This document shows positions 37,585 to 47,217 of a DNA stretch of 64,000 nt, piece by piece (positions within the stretch are counted from its first letter, which is position 1; each line of letters opens with the position of its first letter). This DNA comes from Ignavibacteria bacterium (GTDB lineage: Bacteria; Bacteroidota; Ignavibacteria; Ignavibacteriales; SURF-24). Location of the stretch: assembly GCA_037140715.1 (NCBI GenBank), contig JBAXDX010000001.1, forward strand, positions 8,000-71,999. Reading direction: 5' to 3'. Both the position numbers and the translations under genes were made by a program. The notes beneath the pieces were generated by a model. That model had not been told where the DNA came from and did no database searches. It saw nothing but the letters and a program-made list of their open reading frames with translations.

Positions 37585-38968
37585 TTAGTTTCAGATACTG
37601 GAGAGGTGCCAGAATAAAGCCAGGCAAAAGTGAAACACATGTACCCAATATGACTCCAGAACTTCCCATGTTGAGATATTTGGCAAATAATACTGATAAC
37701 GGTATGTTAATGAGCATTGCAACAATATGATAGTATATTTCCACCTGAACCTTTCCCGAACCATTTATAAAAGTGATAAAAATGCTGTTCCATGTAGCTA
37801 TTATTACATACAAACCCATAAAGGCTGATAAGAGAAACGGAATATTCACGGTCTCGCCTACCCAGAATCTGTAAACATATTTGGAAATTATCAATAAAAA
37901 AACTACTCCGAGTATTACAGCCAGCCAGATCATAATCAATTTTTTAATCGATGATTTAATCCATGGGATTTCATTCTGTGTAAATGCATCAGTAAAAGCC
38001 GACCAAAAAGGCGCAAGGATAATAGAAAAGATAGTCAGGGGAATATTGAAGTATTTAAAAGCGATGTTGTATGGAGTTACATCTGCAGGCCCAAGTACCT
38101 GCGCAATAATAACGTTATCAGTTGCATTAATTATAACAAATGCAATTTGTAAAATAAAAAATTTAATCCCGAGGCTTGCCAGTGGTTTAAAAAACTTAAA
38201 ATCCACATACCTGATATCAGGTCTTATTAATTTATATCTTTGTTTAAAGAAATATAGCGTTGCTATAAATAAAACAAATACTGGTGCCACGCTGTATATC
38301 AGGCTGATATTCAGCAGATTTCCATACGAAAGTCGCGTTACAATAAAAATTGCAGTCAATGAGAGAGTATTTGCAATCAGAGATAGACCGCTACTTATGG
38401 CTGGAGACTGATAAGACGAAAGGATTACTCCGATTAGATTTAATATTAATTGAATAGAAAAGAATGTAAATACTAACAGAACAACTGTGTTTATTTCTCC
38501 TGCCATGCTTGGTTGTGTATTAAAAAACTTTATCCAATTAAAAAATGGATTAACAGTTACAAACAACAAGTAAAAAAAAACGGTTACGATTATAAGAGAA
38601 ATATAAGTAGTACTTACATATTTTTTAGCCAGGTTATAATCTTCTACAGCCAATGCTTCAGAGAGTTTATTCCTTAATCCGTTTCCGAGTCCGATATCAA
38701 AAAAACTAAACCATCCAATAAAGGAGCTTATTGTAAGCCATAGACCATATCTTGTAGCACCCAGAGAATGCAGAGTAAGGGGCACAAGCAGAAAACCAAT
38801 GCTTATGCTTAAGCCTCTAACAACAAGCGATGCCACAATATTTTTTCTGGTCTTCAGACTTCGCGTATGACCAATTGTAAAATAATCTTTGACTTTATCT
38901 ATCATTTGGTGAAAAGTACATATTTGGTAATTTTTGGGAAATACTTTTTCAGACTTTGACGTCATCAA
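37550..38968 (-). CDS. oligosaccharide flippase (Wzx / MOP superfamily)
   Basis: 472 aa with about 12-14 TM helices. It has the typical polysaccharide-biosynthesis-protein topology and locus context. Confidence 0.75.
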   Translation of the reverse strand: MMTSKSEKVFPKNYQICTFHQMIDKVKDYFTIGHTRSLKTRKNIVASLVVRGLSISIGFLLVPLTLHSLGATRYGLWLTISSFIGWFSFFDIGLGNGLRNKLSEALAVEDYNLAKKYVSTTYISLIIVTVFFYLLFVTVNPFFNWIKFFNTQPSMAGEINTVVLLVFTFFSIQLILNLIGVILSSYQSPAISSGLSLIANTLSLTAIFIVTRLSYGNLLNISLIYSVAPVFVLFIATLYFFKQRYKLIRPDIRYVDFKFFKPLASLGIKFFILQIAFVIINATDNVIIAQVLGPADVTPYNIAFKYFNIPLTIFSIILAPFWSAFTDAFTQNEIPWIKSSIKKLIMIWLAVILGVVFLLIISKYVYRFWVGETVNIPFLLSAFMGLYVIIATWNSIFITFINGSGKVQVEIYYHIVAMLINIPLSVLFAKYLNMGSSGVILGTCVSLLPGFILAPLQYLKLINGRARGIWNR

Positions 38969-41514
38969 TCTGTTTTCTTTTCCTTAAACGTCATAACCAA
39001 CGAAACAGCAAAAATAATAATTACTCCGGCGCTTAAAATCAATGCAAGATACTTGCTTACAGTAAAGCTTATGGGAGCATAAATGAATTCGACTTTATGC
39101 TGTCCCTTGGGAACTACAATGCCTCTGAAGTTATGATTGGTTCTGTATATCGTTGTCTCGCTGCCGTCAACCAAAGCTTTCCAGCCTTTCGGAAAGTATG
39201 TATCGCCTAGGAAAAGAAAGTTATTTCCTGTTGCCTTTGCATCTATAGTTATATGTTCATCTTTATAGCTTACCATTTTAACATAAGCAATATTGCTGTC
39301 AGGCTTATCAACAGCAGGCTCGGCATCTTCAAGAAAGGCAATATTCTTCGGATCGAAAGAATTATTCTTAATCAGGTTTAATATCTGAATTGCCGGTTTC
39401 TTCTGTACCGTGTTGACAAAATATGCCCTCGGCAACGCTGTATCAAATTGGTAAACTGTGCTTTGCTGCGACTTATATATTTCAGTTAACGATGTAAAGT
39501 TAACCGCCTTATCAAAAACAACATACCTAACATTAAGCATTCTCCAGAGAGTCGGATTGACCACAGTACCGAGAACATCGATTATATCCTGATAAGCCCG
39601 CGGCTTAATACCCGAATAACCATATATATCCTGTATCAGAAAATAAGCGTGATAGTTCGCGTTATTGCCAATACTGCCCGGCGAGCCATCCTGCTTCAGG
39701 CTTATGATTCTGTAAGGGTCATTATCTTTCCGCTCTTTAATTGCTTTTACATAATCAGGCTCATTAAATTCCTGACCAATAGTTGTCTCCTGAACATACT
39801 CTGCTCCGCGGCTGTCAATTCTCCAGAGGTCGAACAATGTAAATATAATTACTGCAAGCGCAAGCAGTTCTTTATTTATCTTCGAATTAATGTATGCATA
39901 AGCAAGACCGAAGACCGCGCCCATTATTGCAAATGCAATCAGCGCATCGTTATAAAACATTGTAGAGATATAAGGAGCAAGCTGTTTAAACCCCTCGATT
40001 TGCGGCTGAATCTTTTCAGCGTTAAGCAAACGCGATGTAAACCAGTCCTTTACCACTCCGCCCATTACGACTGTCAAAATAAATAACGTGCCGAAGGCTA
40101 TCGCGGAAACCCCGACTATCTTCTCTGCCTTCTTATCCCTTTCATGCCTCATCAAAATTATTTTATTCAGCCCGAGTCCGGCAAGAAACGGGAAGCTCAG
40201 TTGCACAACCACAAGCATCATCGAAGGCACTCTGAACTTATCAAAATAAGGGAAATAGTAAAACATCAGATCAAAAACCGGCGAGAAATTTTTCCCGAAT
40301 GAAACAAGCAGTCCTGTCGCCGAAATAATCGTAAGAAACTGAACAAACGGGTCATTCCAGCTTGTAAATATTGCGAACAATCCGAGGAAGAAAACTATAA
40401 CCCCCATATACATCGCTACGTCAACCATTTCCATCTGACCAAAATAAGTGTTTATCTTCGTATCCTGATTGTTTGAGAGAGTTCCGTTGTAAACACTACT
40501 TCCAAAGCCATAATACGACGGGAAAATAAATGTCATTACTTCGCCCGGAGAAAATGACCACTGTGTATGATAATCATAATACTCCGAACCGGAAGAAGGT
40601 TCACCCTTTGAATCAGCAGCCTTGCTTTCAACTACACTCTTGGCTCCTCTGGTTGAATATGGAGCGTAGTTATAAGTCTGAGTAAGGTCAGCCGACTGAA
40701 TAAGCAAAGCTATAATTGCAGCGACTATAAATACCCCCGCCGATTTAAACAACTGTTTTACCGCGGCATTGTCCCTGACAATCAGATAGTGGATAAAGTA
40801 ATAAATAAAATATACCATAACAGAAAACAGCGTATAGAAAATTATCTGAACATGCCATCCCTGAACAAAAAGCTGGAGAGCCATCGTAAGCAGTACAGCA
40901 TCAAGCAGTTTTATTCTTTTTTTGAATTTCAAAAGGATTAGAAATATCAGCGGATACATACATATCGAGGTAAGCTTTGTAACATGACCAATGAAGAGAA
41001 AGACTATCAGTCCCGTACTAAAAGAAGCTGCTATTGCGGCAAAGAGACTGACAAGTGTATTCCTCGTTTTATATTTCATCAGGAAAAAACTTGTAAAGGC
41101 AAGCAGAATAAGATAAAGAGTCCACGTTACATACTGTACGCTGAATATATCGGCAAAGCCCCACTTTATTACTGTAATACCAACATAGATCAGGTTGAAC
41201 CACGTAAACCCAACAGACATAGCATAAGCCGGTATCCCGCAGAATACATAGGGATTCCATAGCGTGAAACCTTCTTTATGCGTGGTAATATAAGTGGTCA
41301 GGCTCTTACTTGTTACAATATCGCCCGACTGAAATGTCTTGCCGCCGAAATACATCGGAGCAAAAAATATCAGAAATAAAAGGAAAAGAATTACGAGCGA
41401 AACGGCTGTCTGATATTTTTCAGGAACAATATTATTCAGTTCAAACTCTTTTTTATCTGATATTTTTTTCGTTTTAGCGGATGTTCCAATTACTCTTTTT
41501 GTTTTGGTCGCCAT
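38965..41514 (-). CDS. YfhO-family polytopic membrane protein (extracytoplasmic glycosyltransferase-like)
   Basis: 849 aa with an N-terminal multi-TM region (..LWNPYVFCGIPAYAM..), a large C-terminal extracytoplasmic domain and a final TM helix. Overlaps the flippase gene by 4 nt. Confidence 0.75.
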   Translation of the reverse strand: MATKTKRVIGTSAKTKKISDKKEFELNNIVPEKYQTAVSLVILFLLFLIFFAPMYFGGKTFQSGDIVTSKSLTTYITTHKEGFTLWNPYVFCGIPAYAMSVGFTWFNLIYVGITVIKWGFADIFSVQYVTWTLYLILLAFTSFFLMKYKTRNTLVSLFAAIAASFSTGLIVFLFIGHVTKLTSICMYPLIFLILLKFKKRIKLLDAVLLTMALQLFVQGWHVQIIFYTLFSVMVYFIYYFIHYLIVRDNAAVKQLFKSAGVFIVAAIIALLIQSADLTQTYNYAPYSTRGAKSVVESKAADSKGEPSSGSEYYDYHTQWSFSPGEVMTFIFPSYYGFGSSVYNGTLSNNQDTKINTYFGQMEMVDVAMYMGVIVFFLGLFAIFTSWNDPFVQFLTIISATGLLVSFGKNFSPVFDLMFYYFPYFDKFRVPSMMLVVVQLSFPFLAGLGLNKIILMRHERDKKAEKIVGVSAIAFGTLFILTVVMGGVVKDWFTSRLLNAEKIQPQIEGFKQLAPYISTMFYNDALIAFAIMGAVFGLAYAYINSKINKELLALAVIIFTLFDLWRIDSRGAEYVQETTIGQEFNEPDYVKAIKERKDNDPYRIISLKQDGSPGSIGNNANYHAYFLIQDIYGYSGIKPRAYQDIIDVLGTVVNPTLWRMLNVRYVVFDKAVNFTSLTEIYKSQQSTVYQFDTALPRAYFVNTVQKKPAIQILNLIKNNSFDPKNIAFLEDAEPAVDKPDSNIAYVKMVSYKDEHITIDAKATGNNFLFLGDTYFPKGWKALVDGSETTIYRTNHNFRGIVVPKGQHKVEFIYAPISFTVSKYLALILSAGVIIIFAVSLVMTFKEKKTD

Positions 41515-41546
41515 TTTTCCTTTCTCCTGGTCGGTCTGCTGATTTT

Positions 41547-41568
41547 TTATTAACTCATATTATACAAA
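41547..41568 (-). promoter_or_regulatory. promoter-like motif upstream of the yfhO-like gene
   Basis: The sense strand reads TTTGTATAATATGAGTTAATAA, 33-54 nt upstream of the ATG at 41514. It is 20/22 identical to the motif at 53039-53060. Confidence 0.4.
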
Positions 41569-41594
41569 ATATCCGAACTATAAACACATTGTCT

Positions 41595-41768
41595 CTAATC
41601 GCCGACTCTCAACCGCCACACGTCCATAGTTTTTAGCTTTTTAATATCGCATGAATTAAAATCTTCTTTTAATTTTTTAAGCGCATGGGTTACCCTGGAC
41701 TGAGTCTTACCGTCAAGTTTGAGATAAGCTTTTTCAAACGATATGGAAAATTCAATTTCACTTATCAT
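41595..41768 (-). pseudogene. RelE/ParE-superfamily toxin gene with premature TAG
   Basis: Hand translation gives MISEIEFSISFEKAYLKLDGKTQSRVTHALKKLKEDFNSCDIKKLKTMDVWRLRVGD*RQCVY... The TAG replaces the Tyr of the conserved R(I/L)RVGDYR motif. The ORF starts 2 nt after the stop of the upstream small ORF. Confidence 0.5.
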
Positions 41769-41770
41769 AT

Positions 41771-42022
41771 TTAGCCATAAATTTCTCGTATGGAATAGTT
41801 TTTTTTTGAACGTCTGGCTTTTCCGATCAGCTCAGTCTCTTCCTTTGTCGGTTCCTCTTCAGGAACGTTCTCCAGGAAATCAAGGAACGGGTCATTCTCT
41901 TTTGCTTCCCGTTTCCCCGCCAGGGATTCAATAATTGTCGTTACAGCTTTAATCTCGCTTTTTGAAAGCATGGGAAGCAGAGACTGTATTCTGCTTATTC
42001 CATTGTTTTCGCGCGTTCCCAT
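41771..42022 (-). CDS. putative antitoxin-like small protein
   Basis: 83-aa acidic ORF immediately upstream of the RelE/ParE remnant, in the usual antitoxin-then-toxin order. No family recognised. Confidence 0.4.
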   Translation of the reverse strand: MGTRENNGISRIQSLLPMLSKSEIKAVTTIIESLAGKREAKENDPFLDFLENVPEEEPTKEETELIGKARRSKKNYSIREIYG

Positions 42023-42108
42023 TTATTTTCTCTCTTTAATAATAATTTTAATGCAAAATAAATCAATCCTGTGTCCGTTGTATTAGATCTTTTTAGAGTG
42101 AATTCATT

Positions 42109-42200
42109 CATGTTATGCAAAAATGTCAGAACTATGATTTATTTCATATTGATTTGCGTTATCATATAAATCACAGTTCAGATGGATTTTGTATAACGTG
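42109..42200. repeat. ~92-bp inverted-repeat element (copy 1)
   Basis: CATGTTATGCAAAA (42109-42122) pairs with TTTTGTATAACGTG (42187-42200). The loop shares ATGATTTATTTCATA, TTGCGTTATCATA and CAGATGGA blocks with 61838-61919. Confidence 0.65.
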
Positions 42201-42215
42201 CGTTATTAATCCATA

Positions 42216-43121
42216 CTATTTTTTCTTTGCGATAAAATTTATTCCCGCTCCGACTTTATTCTCCGACTGATAATCCGCATACATCATTATCAGCGTGAAT
42301 GGAAATGTTATCAGATAATAAAAAGGAAGAAGAGCTGACAGTACTTTCGAAATATTAAGCATCCGCATCGGGTACTTAACACCGAGCCGCCAGGATTTAT
42401 CTCCCCAGTAACCATAAGTATATTTTGACTGATATACCTCAAAACCAATCGGCTCAAGTTTATTTTTAAGATCTTCAAACGAATAGCCGGCTCTTGCATG
42501 CTCGCCTATAAAGCTCTCTTCATGTTCGTCATGAACATCGCTGCCGCCATATATCGAAGGAGTATTGATCATCAGAAACCCGCCTGGCTTCAAAGCCCTG
42601 TAAAAATTTTCAAACACCTTTACATCGTCAACAATATGTTCCATTACGTCAACTGAAAGTATTAAATTAAATTTATCCCGATGTTTAATCTTCGTAAGGT
42701 CTTCAACGCCAAATGAAACGCTGGTTAACCCGCTCTCTCTGAAAAACTCTTTACAGTCCTCAATCCATTCCTTCTTTATATCAATTGCGTGGATATTATT
42801 TGGGAGCAGTTTCTTTGCCATAAAATAGGCATATTGCCCGTAGCCTGTTCCTGCGTCATAAATATTTATTTTATCATGGCCGAAAAGTTTTCTAAGTTTT
42901 TTCAGCTCTCTTCTTACATACCATGAGCGGAGAAACATTATATCCAGGACTTTATAGAATAAAATTCTGAGAACAGGAAATTTCTTTATCCAGCCCGCGA
43001 ATATATTTTTTATCGGATCGTAGTGCATAGTAATTATAATTGTTATTGTAAAAACTTCTGCCAGAACTATGATTCTGTGATTTATATGATGAAACACCCC
43101 ACGGGTTGAAACCCGTGGCAA
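42216..43121 (-). CDS. membrane-anchored class I SAM-dependent methyltransferase
   Basis: Motif I IYDAGTGYG, ..LKPGGFLMINTP.., and C-terminal TM segments. The TTG at 43121 is questionable; the ATG at 43028 (MHYDPIKN) is more likely, because a hairpin (43098-43117) follows the upstream gene. Confidence 0.8.
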   Translation of the reverse strand: MPRVSTRGVFHHINHRIIVLAEVFTITIIITMHYDPIKNIFAGWIKKFPVLRILFYKVLDIMFLRSWYVRRELKKLRKLFGHDKINIYDAGTGYGQYAYFMAKKLLPNNIHAIDIKKEWIEDCKEFFRESGLTSVSFGVEDLTKIKHRDKFNLILSVDVMEHIVDDVKVFENFYRALKPGGFLMINTPSIYGGSDVHDEHEESFIGEHARAGYSFEDLKNKLEPIGFEVYQSKYTYGYWGDKSWRLGVKYPMRMLNISKVLSALLPFYYLITFPFTLIMMYADYQSENKVGAGINFIAKKK

Positions 43122-43138
43122 TGAAAATAAATCATAGC

Positions 43139-44263
43139 TCAGACAATTTTCATAAAGTCCAGAATACCCTCGGTAAATTTATTCCAGGAGTATTTATCCA
43201 CTTCCCGCTCTATGTTCTTTTGGAACTCTTCTTCCTTATTTTCAGCATAGAACTTTGCTATGGCTTCAGCCATGAGCGCGGGCTTTTCTTTTTCAACTAT
43301 GTAGCCGGTAATGCCATTTAAAACCACTTCCTCAAGTCCGCCTACGCTGGTTGCGATTACCGGCTTCTTAAAATTCATTGCTATCTGTACGATGCCGCTT
43401 TGAGTTGCATCCCTGTAGGGAAGTATTACGGCGTCTGCGGCACAGAAGTAATAGCGTACTTCAGACGTCGGGATAAAGTCATTGAACATGTGAAGCGATT
43501 CCGCTAGATCAAGCTCTTTGATTATTTTTTTATACTTATCTTCATTGGCGTAAAACTCGCCGGCAATTATTACCTTTAGGTTCAGCTTATCCTTTAGCAA
43601 TGCCGCCGCTTCTAAAAGAACATCAAGTCCTTTATAGTCCCTGATAAATCCAAAGAAAAGAATTAGCTTCTCATCCTTTAATTTCAAATGTTCTCTTGCT
43701 TCGGACTTTGAAACCGGCGCTCCGAAATTAGAATAGACCGGATGAGGCAATACCTTGTTTACCGCTCCCGGTTTAATTGTAAGCAGGTCAGCCTGAACTT
43801 TTTGAGAAAGCAGTACAAAATAATCAACTGCCCTGAAAAAATATTTAGTAAAGCTTTTATCGCCCGGTTTTCTTTCATGCGGAATTACATTATCGCATAT
43901 AGCAATCACTTTAGTCTTTCCGTTAAGCTTTGCCAGTATGGATATTGTCCCGAAACATGGGCCGAAAAAAGGCATCCAGTATTTATATATGATAAGGTCA
44001 GGTGCATCCTTCTTAAGTCTTAATCCAACTTTAACCCAGTTTAGCGGGTTAACTGAATCCACAAGCACTTCAGTCGGAATTGGTTCAACCGTATCTCCCG
44101 ATTCAAACTGCGATTTACCCGGGAAGAATATCGAAGGATACTGCCTCTTAAAAGTAATTACATTGACATCGTGCTCTTTGGATAACTGGTTATATAACAA
44201 ACCAATAAAATGCGCTATGCCTCCCCTAAGAGGGAAAGCGGTAGAAAGAATAGTTATTTTCAT
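43139..44263 (-). CDS. family 4 glycosyltransferase (GT-B)
   Basis: 374 aa with the motif ..QSGIVQIAMNFKKPVIATSVGGLEEVV.. Confidence 0.85.
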   Translation of the reverse strand: MKITILSTAFPLRGGIAHFIGLLYNQLSKEHDVNVITFKRQYPSIFFPGKSQFESGDTVEPIPTEVLVDSVNPLNWVKVGLRLKKDAPDLIIYKYWMPFFGPCFGTISILAKLNGKTKVIAICDNVIPHERKPGDKSFTKYFFRAVDYFVLLSQKVQADLLTIKPGAVNKVLPHPVYSNFGAPVSKSEAREHLKLKDEKLILFFGFIRDYKGLDVLLEAAALLKDKLNLKVIIAGEFYANEDKYKKIIKELDLAESLHMFNDFIPTSEVRYYFCAADAVILPYRDATQSGIVQIAMNFKKPVIATSVGGLEEVVLNGITGYIVEKEKPALMAEAIAKFYAENKEEEFQKNIEREVDKYSWNKFTEGILDFMKIV

Positions 44264-45360
44264 CCGTGAAGAATTGCTGTAATTGTTTTAAGAACCCTGT
44301 CAGCCTTAATGAAGTTCATACACTGGTATTCTGTATTTACACAGACCGGACTATAAAAACATTTGCATTCCTTATCAGGCTGAATAATTTCACCAAGTCC
44401 GAAGAGTTCAAACTCACGCGGGTTGAAAATATTATTGAACAGGACGATTTTCTTATTTAAGCCGAGCGTGATGTGCATAGCCATTGTAACGCCGGTAACG
44501 ACAAGGTCGCACTGGTCAACGAGATTAATAAACTTTTCAAGCGTAAAATAGCCGGGATATTTACCGCCCGTCTCAGACGCGAATCTCCTGTTCTTTTCAT
44601 CTTCCTGTTCGCCGCCAAGGAATACTACTTCGCAGCCAGCCAGTATAAGGCATTTGGCAAGCTCGCTCCAGCTTTCATCGGGCCATAAACGCGAAGTCCA
44701 TCTTCCGCCGCAGCCGGTGTTCAGTCCAATTATTTTTTTTGATCTATCAAGCGTCCATTCGCCGGCATACCGGCTGAATGATGAGAGAATATATTTTTCA
44801 CCGTTATAATTAAAACCGGAGACTTCAAATATCTCTTCAAGGTAATGCTTTTCATTGGACTTATTAATATCATCAAAAATACCGGTCAGGTATTTTGCCT
44901 CAGCATCTTTGTCTGCCGGATATGGAGAACCATCTTTAAGGATGTAACCTTTCTTTACTTTTGCGTTGAGGCTGTTTATAAGAGCGCACGCCTCTTTATC
45001 TTTATCAAGATTTACGACATAGTCATAACTTAACGACTTTAAATATGAGACTCCCTCAGGATTATATTTTATAACCGAGTCAACATCCTTAGGAACAACT
45101 GACGGTGTCTGTGTAAGCCAGAATATTTTAGCATTTGGATATTTAGCCCTAAGCGGAAAAAGTATCGGAGTAGTTCTGATAACATCGCCGACCGCGCCAA
45201 GCTTTATTATTAATACTTTCTGTGTGGTGGCGTCATAATACTGGCAGCCTGACCCGTCTTTGCTATTGCAATGCACGCCATGTGTTTTATGCGGTCTGCA
45301 TGGAATATCTCCGCGAAAATGACGGCAGTCAAATTTTATGTCCGATAGCTTCATGAACAA
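44260..45360 (-). CDS. family 9 glycosyltransferase (heptosyltransferase-like) with Cys-rich N-terminus
   Basis: 366 aa with the ..KVLIIKLGAVGDVIRTTPIL.. signature of GT9. It has an extra N-terminal CxHxxxxxPCxxH...C......C segment. Confidence 0.8.
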   Translation of the reverse strand: MFMKLSDIKFDCRHFRGDIPCRPHKTHGVHCNSKDGSGCQYYDATTQKVLIIKLGAVGDVIRTTPILFPLRAKYPNAKIFWLTQTPSVVPKDVDSVIKYNPEGVSYLKSLSYDYVVNLDKDKEACALINSLNAKVKKGYILKDGSPYPADKDAEAKYLTGIFDDINKSNEKHYLEEIFEVSGFNYNGEKYILSSFSRYAGEWTLDRSKKIIGLNTGCGGRWTSRLWPDESWSELAKCLILAGCEVVFLGGEQEDEKNRRFASETGGKYPGYFTLEKFINLVDQCDLVVTGVTMAMHITLGLNKKIVLFNNIFNPREFELFGLGEIIQPDKECKCFYSPVCVNTEYQCMNFIKADRVLKTITAILHG

Positions 45361-45409
45361 AATACCTTAACTTACTGTGTTATATATTTAACCGGATTAC
45401 CGCACGAAA

Positions 45410-45478
45410 GCATGGTTGAGTTTACTATAAAAAGAATATTTTTGGTAAAAAATCCTTTTCGTAGCAAACTCAGCCATG
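45410..45478. repeat. 17-bp imperfect inverted repeat between GT2 and GT9 genes
   Basis: GCATGGTTGAGTTTACT (45410-45426) pairs with AGCAAACTCAGCCATGC (45462-45478) at 15/17 positions. Confidence 0.5.
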
Positions 45479-45484
45479 CTCTAC

Positions 45485-46837
45485 TCAGCTTTTCTCTTTT
45501 ATCGAATACTCTTTATCGTTCTGTGAGTTATGCACCATCAGCTCGCCTAATAATCCTACCGAGAAGAATTGAACGCCAACAATAATAAGCAGCATTCCAA
45601 GGAATAAAAGCGGACGGCTGCTTAGGGACTTTCCTGTTATCCATTCAACCGAGAGGTAACCATTTACTACAATGCCTATCAGGAATGAAACAGCTCCGAG
45701 GAATCCAAACAGATGCATCGGACGCCTGATATAACGTGTAGTAAACATTACTGTAATAAGATCAATAAAGCCCTTGAAAAATCTCGAAATGCCAAACTTG
45801 GTTTGTCCGAACCTGCGGGCGTGATGTTTTACCGGTATCTCTGAAATCCTGTAACCCTGCCAGTCGGCAAGCACGGGCATATAGCGGTGAAGCTCGCCAT
45901 ATACGTTAATATCTTTCAGAACTTCTTTTCTGTAAGCTTTAAGTCCGCAATTGAAGTCGTGTATCTTAACACCGCTCATCAGTCCGGTAATAAAATTAAA
46001 GAACCTTGATGAATGTCTTTTTACGAAAGGATCGTGGCGCTGCTGCTTCCATCCGGAAACAAGATCATTCCCTTCTTCAAGTTTTTGAATCAGATTAGGA
46101 ATTTCATTCGGATCGTCCTGAAGGTCAGCATCCATAGTAATAACTACATCACCGTTAACATGCTGAAACCCCACATGAAGAGCAGCAGACTTTCCATAGT
46201 TCTTGCGGAAACTGATATATTTAAACCGGTTATCGCTCTTTGAAATTTCTTTTAGTACTGAGAGCGATTTATCCGTACTGCCATCGTCAATGAACATGAC
46301 TTCAAATTCCGCGATAATTCCGCGCATTACTTTTTTTATTTCCATTGCCAGAGGACGCAATGATTCTTCCTCATTCAGCAGAGGAATAACCATAGAGATT
46401 TTCTTAAATATCGTTTTTTTTCGTTCATATACAGGAATGCTGCTGTCTCTGGTATCGCTATAAGATCTGCCTCTGTAGCGGTTATAAGGAGCTTTCTTAG
46501 ATCCTTTGGAAGATACCGTATCGTTTACAGCATCATTCCCCGATTTTTCCTGGATACGCACCGGAGGTTCCTCCGGTCTCGCAGTATCCTGTGCTTTTGC
46601 CTGTTGTTCCCCTGACTCCTGAGGCTTGTCTGGTTCTATTGCCTTATTTGAATCCTGAAGTTTATCTGTTTTTTGTTCTCTATGTGGAAACTGCCTCTTA
46701 TTATGCCTTCCATATTGCGGAACCGGACCCCTGCCCAGGCCTTCAGACGAAGTATTCTGAGCCTTTGCTTCTTTAGCTGGCTGATTACCCTGCGGGGTAT
46801 TTGAATCCCCTGTATCAGCGTTCTGTTTTTCTTCCAA
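45485..46837 (-). CDS. polyprenol-phosphate glycosyltransferase (GT2, GtrB/CsbB/ArnC-like) with ~150-aa low-complexity N-terminal extension
   Basis: The GT-A core has ISMVIPLLNEEESL, FIDDGSTDKS and DADLQDDP. Two C-terminal TM helices are present. The N-terminus is rich in Q/K/E/P and has no recognisable fold. Confidence 0.85.
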   Translation of the reverse strand: MEEKQNADTGDSNTPQGNQPAKEAKAQNTSSEGLGRGPVPQYGRHNKRQFPHREQKTDKLQDSNKAIEPDKPQESGEQQAKAQDTARPEEPPVRIQEKSGNDAVNDTVSSKGSKKAPYNRYRGRSYSDTRDSSIPVYERKKTIFKKISMVIPLLNEEESLRPLAMEIKKVMRGIIAEFEVMFIDDGSTDKSLSVLKEISKSDNRFKYISFRKNYGKSAALHVGFQHVNGDVVITMDADLQDDPNEIPNLIQKLEEGNDLVSGWKQQRHDPFVKRHSSRFFNFITGLMSGVKIHDFNCGLKAYRKEVLKDINVYGELHRYMPVLADWQGYRISEIPVKHHARRFGQTKFGISRFFKGFIDLITVMFTTRYIRRPMHLFGFLGAVSFLIGIVVNGYLSVEWITGKSLSSRPLLFLGMLLIIVGVQFFSVGLLGELMVHNSQNDKEYSIKEKS

Positions 46838-46973
46838 TTACATTATCCCGTTTATTTTTTAAATACCCATAAAATTAAGTTAATAAATAACTAAAATCAA
46901 TTTAACTTTTATACTAATCAATTAATTTAGCAGCCTTACGCGAAATGCTCCGGTCGGAGCTGTGTCAGTCCTG

Positions 46974-47216
46974 CAATGCTGTCAGGTTAAGGTTCAAAAC
47001 TTTTATTGCGCCCTTTCAGGGCTTTTTGGGTTGTCGGGGAATTTATTTTTCACAGGGCGATTGCCCTGTGCTATTATATTTCGCCCTTTCAGGGCTGAAT
47101 CAGCCCTGAAAGGGCGAAATATATCAGCGATGGGCAACCAACCGCCCATCGAACAAAACAAAATAAAATCCATAAGCCCTACAGGGGCGCAATATGGTGT
47201 TAACCTGACAGCATTG
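46974..47216. mobile_element. 243-bp MITE-like palindromic element at the metH stop codon
   Basis: The 17-bp inverted repeats CAATGCTGTCAGGTTAA (46974-46990) and TTAACCTGACAGCATTG (47200-47216) are perfect. TCAGTCCTG flanks both sides (46965-46973 and 47218-47226). The interior is a nest of hairpins, e.g. TCGCCCTTTCAGGGCTGAATCAGCCCTGAAAGGGCGA. Confidence 0.7.
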
Positions 47217-47217
47217 A

